From assembly GCA_963811775.1 (NCBI GenBank), contig CAWESO010000019.1, positions 122,819-186,818 on the forward strand: a stretch of DNA of 64,000 bases, given 5' to 3'. This DNA comes from an uncultured Acidimicrobiales bacterium (GTDB lineage: Bacteria > Actinomycetota > Acidimicrobiia > Acidimicrobiales > UBA8190). Below the pieces are notes generated by a model that saw only the letters and a program-made list of their open reading frames with translations, did no database searches and was not told the DNA's origin. Each line of letters starts with the position of its first letter. Positions within the stretch are counted from its first letter, which is position 1. Shown here in pieces: positions 56,503 to 64,000 of the stretch. A program made the position numbers and the translations under genes.

Positions 56503-57114
56503 TCAGGTGATGATGAACCCCGCCACCGTCGCGTAGCCGTTGTTGGTGACGACACTGATAGGGCCACTCGTGGCCCCGGGGGGGACGACGGCCCTGATCT
56601 TGGTGGAGGTGTTGGAGCTGATCACGGCCTTGAGGCCGTCGAAGGTGACGGCGACGGCGTGCTGCAAGCGCTTCCCCACGATGATCACGGTTCCTCCGAC
56701 GGGGCTCGAGAGCGGTCGGAATTTGGCGATCACGGGCGAGACGTGTCGCCGCCGGACGCGCCCGGTCTTGGTGACGACGAATTTCGGCTCGGTCACGGTC
56801 GTCACCGACGGCGCCGTCGCACCGGCCGCCGTCGTCGTGGTCGAGGTGCCTTTGGACGTGACGCCCGGCACCGCGCCCCCTCCGGGCAGGGTGACGGCGC
56901 TCCCCGTATTGCCGGTGACCGACGACCCGTTGGTGTAGGTGCCGGGGATATAGCCCAGCGGCTTCTTGGCCTTCTTCGGCGTGACGGCCGGGTGGGCCGC
57001 GGTGGTCGTCGTCGTCTTCTTCACCGCGGCAGGCGAAGACGAGCACGCCGCGCCGAGGAGGGCCGTGCACACCATGACCGCCGCCAGCCGACAGGTACGG
57101 CGGCGGGTCACCAC
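56503..57114 (-). CDS. Lipoprotein with a Thr/Gly-rich linker and a C-terminal IPT/TIG domain
   Basis: ORF track, 203 aa. Lipobox LLGAAC. The C-terminus is IPT/TIG-like: PVIAKFRPLSSPVGGTVIIVGKRLQHAVAVTFDGLKA...PPGATSGPISVVTNNG. Confidence 0.7.
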   Translation of the reverse strand: MVTRRRTCRLAAVMVCTALLGAACSSSPAAVKKTTTTTAAHPAVTPKKAKKPLGYIPGTYTNGSSVTGNTGSAVTLPGGGAVPGVTSKGTSTTTTAAGATAPSVTTVTEPKFVVTKTGRVRRRHVSPVIAKFRPLSSPVGGTVIIVGKRLQHAVAVTFDGLKAVISSNTSTKIRAVVPPGATSGPISVVTNNGYATVAGFIIT

Positions 57115-57302
57115 GCCTTCACCTGTGACCGAGCGACCGTCCGACGCGTCCCCACGACGCCATCAGCCTTGCCCTCACGACCCACGCAGCACACCCCCCA
57201 CAACCCGTCCCTCCATTATCGCACCCCGGTCGTTCTTCGGCCCCCTCGGGTCGGCGTGACTCCCGTGGGGGACGGGCGACCCGGTTTCGGTAGCCTGACG
57301 GC

Positions 57303-59027
57303 GTGTCAGATCGAACCCAGGGCCAGGTGACGGGGCCGGGCGCCCCGGCCGGCCCCGAGGACCCCCGCGGCGATCTGCGCTGGGGATCGATCCCGGGCCT
57401 GGTGGCCGACGCCGCGGCCCGTTTCGGCGAGGCCGAGGCGGTGGCCGACGGCGACGTGCGGCTGAGCTTCGCCCAGCTCGAGCGCGACGCGTTGCGGGTG
57501 ACGGGCGCGGCCATCGCCGCGGGCATCCATCCCGGGGACCGGGTGGCGATGTGGGCGCCGAACATGGCGGAGTGGATCGTCGCCGCCCTGGGCCTCGTCG
57601 GGGCGGGGGCCGCCCTGGTGCCGCTCAACACCCGGTTCAAAGGGCCCGAGGCCGCGTACGTGCTCACCCGCTCGCGCGCCCGCGCCCTGTTCACCGTGCG
57701 CGGTTTCCTCGGCATCGACTACCCGGCCATGCTCGAAGAAGAGGACGTGCCCCATCTGGAGCGCATCGTGCTGCTGCGTGACGACGATGGCACCACGAGC
57801 GAGGTGACCCGAACCGACGAGGTCCCCATCTTCGGGTGGCACGAATTCCTGGCCGGGGCCGACGGCGTGGTCGAGTGCGACGAAGGCGTGGTGGGTGCGC
57901 CCGTAGACGTGAGCGCCGAGCGGGCACGCTGGCAGAGTGTGACCGGCGACGACCTCTCCGACGTCATCTTCACGTCGGGCACGACGGGCCGTCCCAAGGG
58001 GGCCATGACGACACACACCCAGACGCTGCGCACCTTCGCCACGTGGTCGTCGATCGTGGGCCTGGCCCAGGGTGACCGTTATCTCGTCGTCAACCCGTTC
58101 TTCCATACCTTCGGGTACAAGGCCGGCATCATCGCCTGTCTCATGCAGGGGGCCACCATCGTCCCCGAGCCCGTCTTCGACGTGGACAAGGTGTTGGCCA
58201 CGGTGGCGGCGGAGCGCATCACGGTGCTGCCCGGCCCGCCCACGCTCTACCAGTCGATCCTGGACCATCCCCGGCGCGCCGAGTACGACCTCTCCAGCCT
58301 CCGCCTGGCCGTGACCGGGGCTGCGGTCGTGCCCGTCGTGCTCGTCAACCGCATGCGCTCCGAGCTGACGTTCTCCACCGTCCTCACCGCCTACGGGCTG
58401 ACCGAGTCGAGCGGCACGGTGACCATGTGCCGCCAGGGCGACGCCCCCGAGACCATCGCCGAGACCTCGGGACGGGCCATCCCCGGTCTCGAGGTGCGCG
58501 TCGTCGGCGACGACGGCGTGGAGCGGCCCCGGGGCGAGCCCGGAGAGATCGTGGTCCGGGGGTACACCGTGGTGTCGGGTTATTTCGAAGACCCCGAGGC
58601 CACGGCTGAGGCCATCGACGCCGACGGGTGGTTGCACACCGGCGACGTGGGGGTCATGGACGACGCCGGCAACGTGCGCATCACGGATCGCAAGAAGGAC
58701 ATGTTCATCGTGGGGGGCTTCAACGCCTACCCGGCCGAGATCGAGGGGACGTTGTTGCGTCACCCCGCCGTGGCCCAGGCGGCGGTGATCGGCGTGGCCG
58801 ACGACCGCATGGGCGAAGTGGGCTGTGCCTACGTCGTGCCCCGGCCCGGGGCGGCGGGGGACGACCTCGGCGCCGAGATCGTGGCGTGGAGCCGCGACCA
58901 GATGGCCAATTACAAGGTGCCTCGCTACGTCGAGGTGCTCGAGGCCTTGCCCACCAACGCCAGTGGCAAGGTGCTGAAGACCGAGCTGCGCGAGCGTTTC
59001 GCGCAGCAACCTGTGAAGGGAGCCTGA
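57303..59027 (+). CDS. AMP-dependent acyl-CoA synthetase (FadD3-like)
   Basis: ORF track, 574 aa. Contains FTSGTTGRPKG, AYGLTES, WLHTGDVGVMDDAGNVRITDRKKDMFIVGGFNAYPAEIE and SGKVLK. Confidence 0.9.
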   Translation: MSDRTQGQVTGPGAPAGPEDPRGDLRWGSIPGLVADAAARFGEAEAVADGDVRLSFAQLERDALRVTGAAIAAGIHPGDRVAMWAPNMAEWIVAALGLVGAGAALVPLNTRFKGPEAAYVLTRSRARALFTVRGFLGIDYPAMLEEEDVPHLERIVLLRDDDGTTSEVTRTDEVPIFGWHEFLAGADGVVECDEGVVGAPVDVSAERARWQSVTGDDLSDVIFTSGTTGRPKGAMTTHTQTLRTFATWSSIVGLAQGDRYLVVNPFFHTFGYKAGIIACLMQGATIVPEPVFDVDKVLATVAAERITVLPGPPTLYQSILDHPRRAEYDLSSLRLAVTGAAVVPVVLVNRMRSELTFSTVLTAYGLTESSGTVTMCRQGDAPETIAETSGRAIPGLEVRVVGDDGVERPRGEPGEIVVRGYTVVSGYFEDPEATAEAIDADGWLHTGDVGVMDDAGNVRITDRKKDMFIVGGFNAYPAEIEGTLLRHPAVAQAAVIGVADDRMGEVGCAYVVPRPGAAGDDLGAEIVAWSRDQMANYKVPRYVEVLEALPTNASGKVLKTELRERFAQQPVKGA

Positions 59028-60130
59028 TGCGAGGGATCGTCTACACCGGGGATGACGCCGAGGTCACCGACAAACTCGAGGTCACCGAGCCCGGCCCGAC
59101 CGAGGTCAAGGTGAAGATCGTCGCCGCCGGGGTGTGCCACTCGGACCTGTCGGTGCTCGACGGCACCATCCCGTGGAAGGCGCCGTCGGTCCTCGGCCAC
59201 GAGGGCGCGGGAATCGTCGAAGCCGTGGGCTCGTCGGTGCGTTCGGTCAAGCCCGGGGACCACATCGTGGTGGCCACCCTGGCGAGCTGCGGGACGTGCC
59301 GAGCCTGCAACACCGGGCACCCGACGATGTGCATCCACAGCCTCGGCAACGTCTCGACCCCGTTCACCTTCAACGGCGAGCCCGCGTCGAACTTCGCGGC
59401 GGCATCGGTGTTCGCCGAGTACACCATCGTCCAGGAGGTCCAGGCCGTCGCCATCTCCAAGGACGTGCCCTTCACCTCGGCGTGCCTCATCGGCTGTGGC
59501 GTGCTCACGGGCGTGGGGTCGGTGCTCAACCGGGCCAAGGTCGCCCCGGGCGAGACCGCGGCGGTGTTCGGCGTCGGGGGAGTGGGGCTCAACGTCATCC
59601 AGGCCCTGCGCCTGTCCGCCGCCAGCCGCATCGTGGCCGTCGACACCATGGCGTCGAAAGAGGACCTCGCCATGCAGTTCGGGGCTACCCACTTCATCGA
59701 CGCGTCCAAGGCCGACGCCGTCGAGGAGATCAAGAAGATCGTCCCTCACGGGCCCAAGTCCGTGGCGCGCGCCCTGGGCCCCGGCGGTGTCACGTGGGCC
59801 TTCGACTGCGTGGGCCATCCCGCCGTGCTGCGCAACGCCATCGACGCTCTCGACTGGGGCGGCACGGCCGTCGCCATCGGCGTCCCGCCGCGCGGCAGCG
59901 AGGTGAGCGTGGACATCAACAACCTGGCCTACGTCGACCGCGGGCTCATGGGGTGCCGCTACGGGGCCAGCCGCCCCCATCACGACATCCCCCTCATGGT
60001 GGAGCTCTATCTCGGCGGCAAGCTGATGCTCGACGAGCTCGTGACCGAGGTCCTCCCGCTCGAGGGGTTCCGCGAGATCGTCCAGGACATGCACGACGGC
60101 AAGCTGGCCCGCGGGGTGCTCACGCTCTGA
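59027..60130 (+). CDS. Zn-dependent alcohol dehydrogenase (MDR family)
   Basis: 3' part of ORF 58628..60130. The ATG at 59027 overlaps the upstream TGA (TGATG). Contains GVCHSDLS, GHEGAGIVEAVG, structural-Zn CGTCRACNTGHPTMC and GVGGVGLN. Confidence 0.9.
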   Translation: MRGIVYTGDDAEVTDKLEVTEPGPTEVKVKIVAAGVCHSDLSVLDGTIPWKAPSVLGHEGAGIVEAVGSSVRSVKPGDHIVVATLASCGTCRACNTGHPTMCIHSLGNVSTPFTFNGEPASNFAAASVFAEYTIVQEVQAVAISKDVPFTSACLIGCGVLTGVGSVLNRAKVAPGETAAVFGVGGVGLNVIQALRLSAASRIVAVDTMASKEDLAMQFGATHFIDASKADAVEEIKKIVPHGPKSVARALGPGGVTWAFDCVGHPAVLRNAIDALDWGGTAVAIGVPPRGSEVSVDINNLAYVDRGLMGCRYGASRPHHDIPLMVELYLGGKLMLDELVTEVLPLEGFREIVQDMHDGKLARGVLTL

Positions 60131-60146
60131 TCGGGACAGGCCGGCG

Positions 60147-61055
60147 TCAGGCGGGCGTCTTGAGCGGCCCGCCGGGGCGCGAGCCCAGGAACGTCGTGAT
60201 GCCCGCGGCGATGGCGCGGGCAGCCTGCTGTTGCCACGCCGGCGAGACCAGCAGGGCGGCATCGATCGCGTTGCGCATGTTGCCGCACTCGATGAGGATC
60301 TTGGGGACAGTCGAGAGGTTCAACCCGCCCAGGTCGTCCCGGTCGGCCACGCCGTCGGTTCCGTCGTAGGAGCTGACTGGCATCGCCGTGCCCGAGAGGA
60401 ACGCAGCGCGAACGTCGGCGCCGAGCGCCTGTGACGGCCCGATCACGGCGTCGTTCACCCCGTCGGCCACGGGCTCGAGGATGGCGAAGCCCCGACCCTC
60501 GGGCGGACCGCCGTCGGCGTGGATCGAGATGGCGGCGTCGGAGTCAGCGGCGTTGCCGATGGCGGCGCGCTGCGTGACGCACGGGCCCACCCCGGTGTTG
60601 GTCGTCCGCGTCTCGACCACGGATGCGCCTTCGCCTTCGAGGTCCGCGGTGAGGTACTGCGCCACGTTGAAGTTGAATTGCGCCTCGGTGTAGCCGCCGT
60701 CGGTCTCGGTGCCGGTGGTATCGCAGGCTTCTTCCTCGCGCCCGTTCCAGATCGGTGTGTCGATGGCCTTTGGATCCGTGAAGTTGTCGCCGTTGTGGCC
60801 GGGATCGATGGTGACGACGTCACCTCGAAGCGATGTGGACCTGCCCGACGGGGCCTCGGTCGTCGATGTCGTCGTCGGTGTCGCCGGCCGCCCCGACAGG
60901 GACGTCGTGGGCGTGTCGGTCAACGTGCCCGGACGTGCGGGCTGGATCGCGCGCGACGCGGTGGCGCCGCAGCCCGTGAGTGCGGCCGCGCTGACCACGA
61001 CGGCCGCCAGCAGCGCTGCACGAGCGAGGCCCGCGTCCATAAAGCCGGAGTGCAT
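60147..61055 (-). CDS. N-acetylmuramoyl-L-alanine amidase (Amidase_3), lipoprotein
   Basis: The last 302 aa of ORF 60147..61640. Start at ATG 61055 (or 61040). Lipobox AALTGC. Contains TIDPGHNG, SIHADG and ECGNM. Confidence 0.85.
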   Translation of the reverse strand: MHSGFMDAGLARAALLAAVVVSAAALTGCGATASRAIQPARPGTLTDTPTTSLSGRPATPTTTSTTEAPSGRSTSLRGDVVTIDPGHNGDNFTDPKAIDTPIWNGREEEACDTTGTETDGGYTEAQFNFNVAQYLTADLEGEGASVVETRTTNTGVGPCVTQRAAIGNAADSDAAISIHADGGPPEGRGFAILEPVADGVNDAVIGPSQALGADVRAAFLSGTAMPVSSYDGTDGVADRDDLGGLNLSTVPKILIECGNMRNAIDAALLVSPAWQQQAARAIAAGITTFLGSRPGGPLKTPA

Positions 61056-61237
61056 GACAGGGGCGTGGCCCCCGGATCGCTCAGCGTCCCGTGCACGCGC
61101 CCGATTTATTGCCACTGCAAAAGACTGTAGGAGGTCGCCATGTGCTCGAAGAGCCGCACGACGCTGTGCAGGGGCTTCCCCCAGGATCTGATGGCAGTGG
61201 GTTAGTCTCGCCCCGCACGTGCAAACAGAGGAGCGCC

Positions 61238-62170
61238 ATGAACTACTGCTCGCAGTGCGGCCGTCAACTGCAACCGGGTGACACGCTATGCGCGGGGTGT
61301 GGCACGGCCACGTCGGCCGGTGCGGCGCCCCTGTCGACCGGCGTTCCTCCCATGCCCCCGCCCGCGCCGGGCACGGCCATGGGAACCGGAACCCCCAATT
61401 CCATTCCAGGGGGAGGCTACGGATCTCCCGGGTCGATCCCCACCCCGCCCATGCCGCCCCCGCCCATGCCGCCCACGCCCATGCCGCCCGCGCCCATGCC
61501 GCCCGCGCCCATGCCGCCCGCGCCGATGCGGATGGAGAGCGGCTACCCTCCGCCGCCCGGTGGGTATCCGCCTCCGGGAGGTGGGTCGCCCCCGCCATCC
61601 TCCGGTGGCTATCCCCCGCCCCCGCCGCCGAGTTACCCACCGTCCGGTGGCTATCCGCCCGGCCCGCCGAGCGGCGCCTATCCCCCCGGTGGAGCGTTCC
61701 CGCCCGGAGGCGGCTACCCGCCCGCCCCCGGTGGATACGCGCCCCAGGGCGTGCTGGCCGACTGGGGGGTGCGGGCGCTGGGTTATCTCATCGACGTCGG
61801 GGTCATCGCCGTGGTCCTCGTTCCCCTCTACATCCTGGGATACGCGGTGAGCTACGCCTTCGTGCTCCTCGGATGGCTGGCCGCCATCGGGCTCGGCATC
61901 TTCATGGCGGTCCAGGTCGGCCAAGGGGGGCAGTCCCCCGGGATGCGCACGGTCGGGATCAAGTGCATCCACCAGCAGACCGGGCAGACGATCGGGGCCG
62001 GTCTGGCCATCGTGCGCACCATCGCCCACTTCGTCGACAGCCTGATCTGCTACGTGGGTTGGCTCTTCCCCCTGTGGGACCGGAACCGCCAGACCCTGGC
62101 GGACAAGATCATGAGCACGGTCGTCGTCCGTGTCCCTCCGCAGAAGTTCAGCCTGACGCCTCCGACGTGA
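61238..62170 (+). CDS. Zinc-ribbon / Pro-rich / RDD-domain membrane protein
   Basis: 3' part of ORF 61091..62170. Start at ATG 61238 (MNYCSQCGRQLQPGDTLCAGCG). There is a ~170-aa Pro/Gly/Tyr linker with (PMPPx)n and (GGYPP)n repeats. The C-terminal RDD domain shows ADWGVRALGYLID...RNRQTLADKI. Confidence 0.8.
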   Translation: MNYCSQCGRQLQPGDTLCAGCGTATSAGAAPLSTGVPPMPPPAPGTAMGTGTPNSIPGGGYGSPGSIPTPPMPPPPMPPTPMPPAPMPPAPMPPAPMRMESGYPPPPGGYPPPGGGSPPPSSGGYPPPPPPSYPPSGGYPPGPPSGAYPPGGAFPPGGGYPPAPGGYAPQGVLADWGVRALGYLIDVGVIAVVLVPLYILGYAVSYAFVLLGWLAAIGLGIFMAVQVGQGGQSPGMRTVGIKCIHQQTGQTIGAGLAIVRTIAHFVDSLICYVGWLFPLWDRNRQTLADKIMSTVVVRVPPQKFSLTPPT

Positions 62171-62544
62171 TCGCGCTCGCCGCTGGCGCGCTCGACATAC
62201 GGCGGTTGCAGAAACCGGCCGCGGTCTTCCTCGCCGGAGGCCTGGTCCTGGCGCATCTGCCGCAGGGGTGGGGCCTCCCGTGCCCACTGCGATCCCTGAC
62301 CGGGGTGCCGTGCCCGTTCTGCGGCGTGACGACGTCCGTGCGAGACACCCTCGGCGGACACCTGCGCGCCGGGTTCGGGGCCGCACCGCTCGGGCTGGCG
62401 CTGATCGCCCTGGCCGTGGTGCTGGTGCTGCGACTGGGCCCAGCGCGTGTCCCGGTCCTCACCACGCGCTGGCTCCGCCCGGTCGTCGTGCTCGGGGTGG
62501 CGGCCGAATGGTGCTTCGAGCTCCATCGCTTCCACATCATCTGA
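62167..62544 (+). CDS. DUF2752-family membrane protein
   Basis: 3' part of ORF 61288..62544. The GTG at 62167 overlaps the upstream TGA. Contains CPLRSLTGVPCPFCGVTTS. Confidence 0.65.
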   Translation: MIALAAGALDIRRLQKPAAVFLAGGLVLAHLPQGWGLPCPLRSLTGVPCPFCGVTTSVRDTLGGHLRAGFGAAPLGLALIALAVVLVLRLGPARVPVLTTRWLRPVVVLGVAAEWCFELHRFHII

Positions 62545-62575
62545 GTCCGACCGACGCGGGGGAACGCCGGCGCGC

Positions 62576-63151
62576 CTACAAGGTCCGGCCGCAGGACTGA
62601 CAGACGTTGTTGGCGATCGGATTCGGCTCCCCGCAGGTGGCGCAGCGCATCGAACCGCGCAGGCGCGGTGCGACGAAGGGGCGAGGTGACGCCGGCACGG
62701 AGGGGCTGAACACGCGAGCGCCCGGTCCCGCGTGTTGCGAGGTGGGCCCCCGTCGCGGTGCGAGCGCGCCGGCCAGGGCCACGGCGGCGGCAACGATGCT
62801 CACAAAGGCGCCGACGTCCCAGTGCACGCCGGCCTCCTTCTTGGCGAAGCACACCGCCGTGAGCAGCAGGTCGGCGCCGGTGACGGCCACCAGGACGAGT
62901 CGACGGAGCACGGGCGCTCGAAGATCGCGTCCCGCCGTGATGACGAGGTACACCACGGTGGCGAGCGCCCCGACGAAGGGGAGGTACATCCACGACCGCA
63001 GGGACGTGGCGCTGAAGCTGAAGTATCCGGTGCCCGGGGAGCCGAAGTCGAACCACGGGAGGTGGATGCCGAGCATGAGCGTGGCACTGGCCCCTCCCAC
63101 GATCATGTCTGCGACGTGCAGGCGTTTGCTGTCGGTGCGGGTGTGTGGCAT
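62576..63151 (-). CDS. Polytopic membrane protein with a C-terminal zinc ribbon
   Basis: ORF track, 191 aa. Four hydrophobic segments, then CATCGEPNPIANNVCQSCG. Confidence 0.6.
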   Translation of the reverse strand: MPHTRTDSKRLHVADMIVGGASATLMLGIHLPWFDFGSPGTGYFSFSATSLRSWMYLPFVGALATVVYLVITAGRDLRAPVLRRLVLVAVTGADLLLTAVCFAKKEAGVHWDVGAFVSIVAAAVALAGALAPRRGPTSQHAGPGARVFSPSVPASPRPFVAPRLRGSMRCATCGEPNPIANNVCQSCGRTL

Positions 63152-63214
63152 CGGTGGAGACGTTCCCCGTCCTCGATCCGGTGGCCTACGAGGTCTGGGC
63201 CGACACGGTCGCCG

Positions 63215-63863
63215 TCACCGTGGCAACGAGGTCGGCTGCCCTTGGACGGCGACCACGGCGAACAGGAGGATCACCGCCACCGCGGTGCCGATACCGACCC
63301 ATCCGAAGACGACGCCGGCGATGGCAATCCCGCGCCCGCCCTCGCTCTCGCTCTCGTGGCCTTTCTTGATCTGGCTCAGCGCGACGTGCCCGAAGATCAC
63401 CGCCAGGATCGATCCCACCCACCAGAGCCACAAGACGCCGAGGACGAGCGACGCGATGGCGAGCGGGTTCGTGCGCCGGCGCCAGGGCCGCCGGGGGGTA
63501 GTAACCGGGGTACGGCGGCTGGAAGGGCGCCTGGTAGGGGCCCCGGAACGGCCCTTGGTACGGCGCTTGGTACGGCCCGGGGACAGGGGGCGGGTAGGGA
63601 AGGCCCGGAGGAGCGCCGAGCCGGACGGGGCCGGGCGGGGGAGAGGGCACCACCGGCGGTCCCTCCGTTCCGTAGGCCGACGGCGGAAGGGGCAGCGTTG
63701 TCGACGAGGGTTGCGGGAATGTTGGGCCGGCGGTCTCAGGGTCGGCGCCGACGAGAACGGCGCCACAGCGCGCGCGATAGGCGTCGTCGGGGCTGACGCG
63801 GGTGCCGCAAGCAGGACATGCGCCCGACCCTCCGAAGGTGGCTCCGTGGTCCGCCATGGTCAT
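63215..63863 (-). pseudogene. Zinc-ribbon / Pro-rich / DUF4190 membrane protein gene split by a 1-nt frameshift near a homopolymer
   Basis: ORF 63186..63863 gives MTMADHGATFGGSGACPACGTRVSPDDAYRARCG plus a Pro/Tyr-rich linker, then Arg-rich nonsense. ORF 63215..63766, in another frame, ends with RRRTNPLAIASLVLGVLWLWWVGSILAVIFGHVALSQIKKGHE...GIAIAGVVFGWVGIG (DUF4190). The frames cross at G6 63493-63498 (C6 on the coding strand). Confidence 0.6.
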
Positions 63864-63970
63864 CGGTCGCCCTCTCCGCCCTGGCCGGAGCCTGACGGGA
63901 GACGCCCGGCCCCGTCGGGCACAGTAACCCGAGCGCGACCGCCGACACCTTGATGCACGGCCCGGTCGGC

Positions 63971-63998
63971 CCCACCCGCCGGCGACTTCGCGGGTGGG
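63971..63998. other. GC-rich hairpin at the right window edge
   Basis: CCCACCCGC cggcgacttc GCGGGTGGG: a 9-bp perfect stem. Its function and strand are unknown because the neighbouring gene lies outside the window. Confidence 0.4.
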
Positions 63999-64000
63999 AA

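Noticed and set aside
57306-59009. 567-aa minus-strand ORF antisense to the FadD3-like ligase
   Set aside because: No motifs. The plus strand has all the AMP-ligase signatures.

Overview
High-GC, Actinomycetota-type chromosomal window. Hand counts of single 60-nt lines give about 70-72 % GC in the flanks. I call about 60 protein-coding genes. I recognise no rRNA, tRNA, CRISPR array, transposase or integrase. All calls rest on motif recognition in the supplied ORF translations plus my own reading of the DNA; no database search was possible.

Layout:
(1) 1-9611: one long minus-strand operon with 4-nt GTGA start/stop overlaps. It encodes GH4 glycosidase, beta-hydroxyacid dehydrogenase, class-I aldolase-like protein, FGGY kinase, LarA-family racemase/epimerase, MFS transporter, LivF-like ABC ATPase and LivH-like permease.
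(2) 9.7-16 kb: thiolase; a secreted PQQ-like beta-propeller protein with six C-terminal 41-aa repeats; a crotonase flanked by two PaaI-type thioesterase paralogues.
(3) 16.3-21.6 kb: two tandem, translationally coupled PAS3-HisKA-HATPase-REC hybrid kinases.
(4) 21.7-28.9 kb: acyl-CoA/lipid-type catabolic genes (two AMP-ligases, double-hotdog hydratase, SDR, luciferase-like oxidoreductase, SnoaL-like protein).
(5) 28.9-32.9 kb: ABC-2 exporter with a HisKA_3 kinase and a LuxR-type response regulator.
(6) 33.3-36.5 kb: ECF sigma factor plus an 856-aa membrane-anchored protein with an internal A-B-A-B duplication.
(7) 36.6-40.4 kb: small housekeeping or accessory genes, including an SRAP/YedK-type peptidase hidden inside a longer ORF.
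(8) about 40.4-53.7 kb: a visibly lower-GC segment. It carries a class-II Fic protein, a damaged small gene, a complete monoderm Tad/Flp pilus operon ending in an unusual 4-TM LysM-SARP(BTAD) protein, and an SSB lacking the acidic tip.
(9) 53.7-64 kb: msrB, acyl-CoA dehydrogenase, SDR, FadD3-like ligase, Zn-ADH, an amidase and a cluster of zinc-ribbon/Pro-rich membrane proteins.

Most notable observations:
- A C7/G7 homopolymer separates the MFS frame from the ABC ATPase frame; one extra base gives a 905-aa MFS-NBD fusion.
- A membrane-tethered LysM-SARP regulator is encoded as the last gene of the Tad operon.
- A LarA-family enzyme sits inside a sugar operon.
- The propeller protein carries a 41-aa repeat family I cannot name.
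- Three frame-disrupting lesions occur in the window: two homopolymer shifts and one 20-bp tandem duplication.
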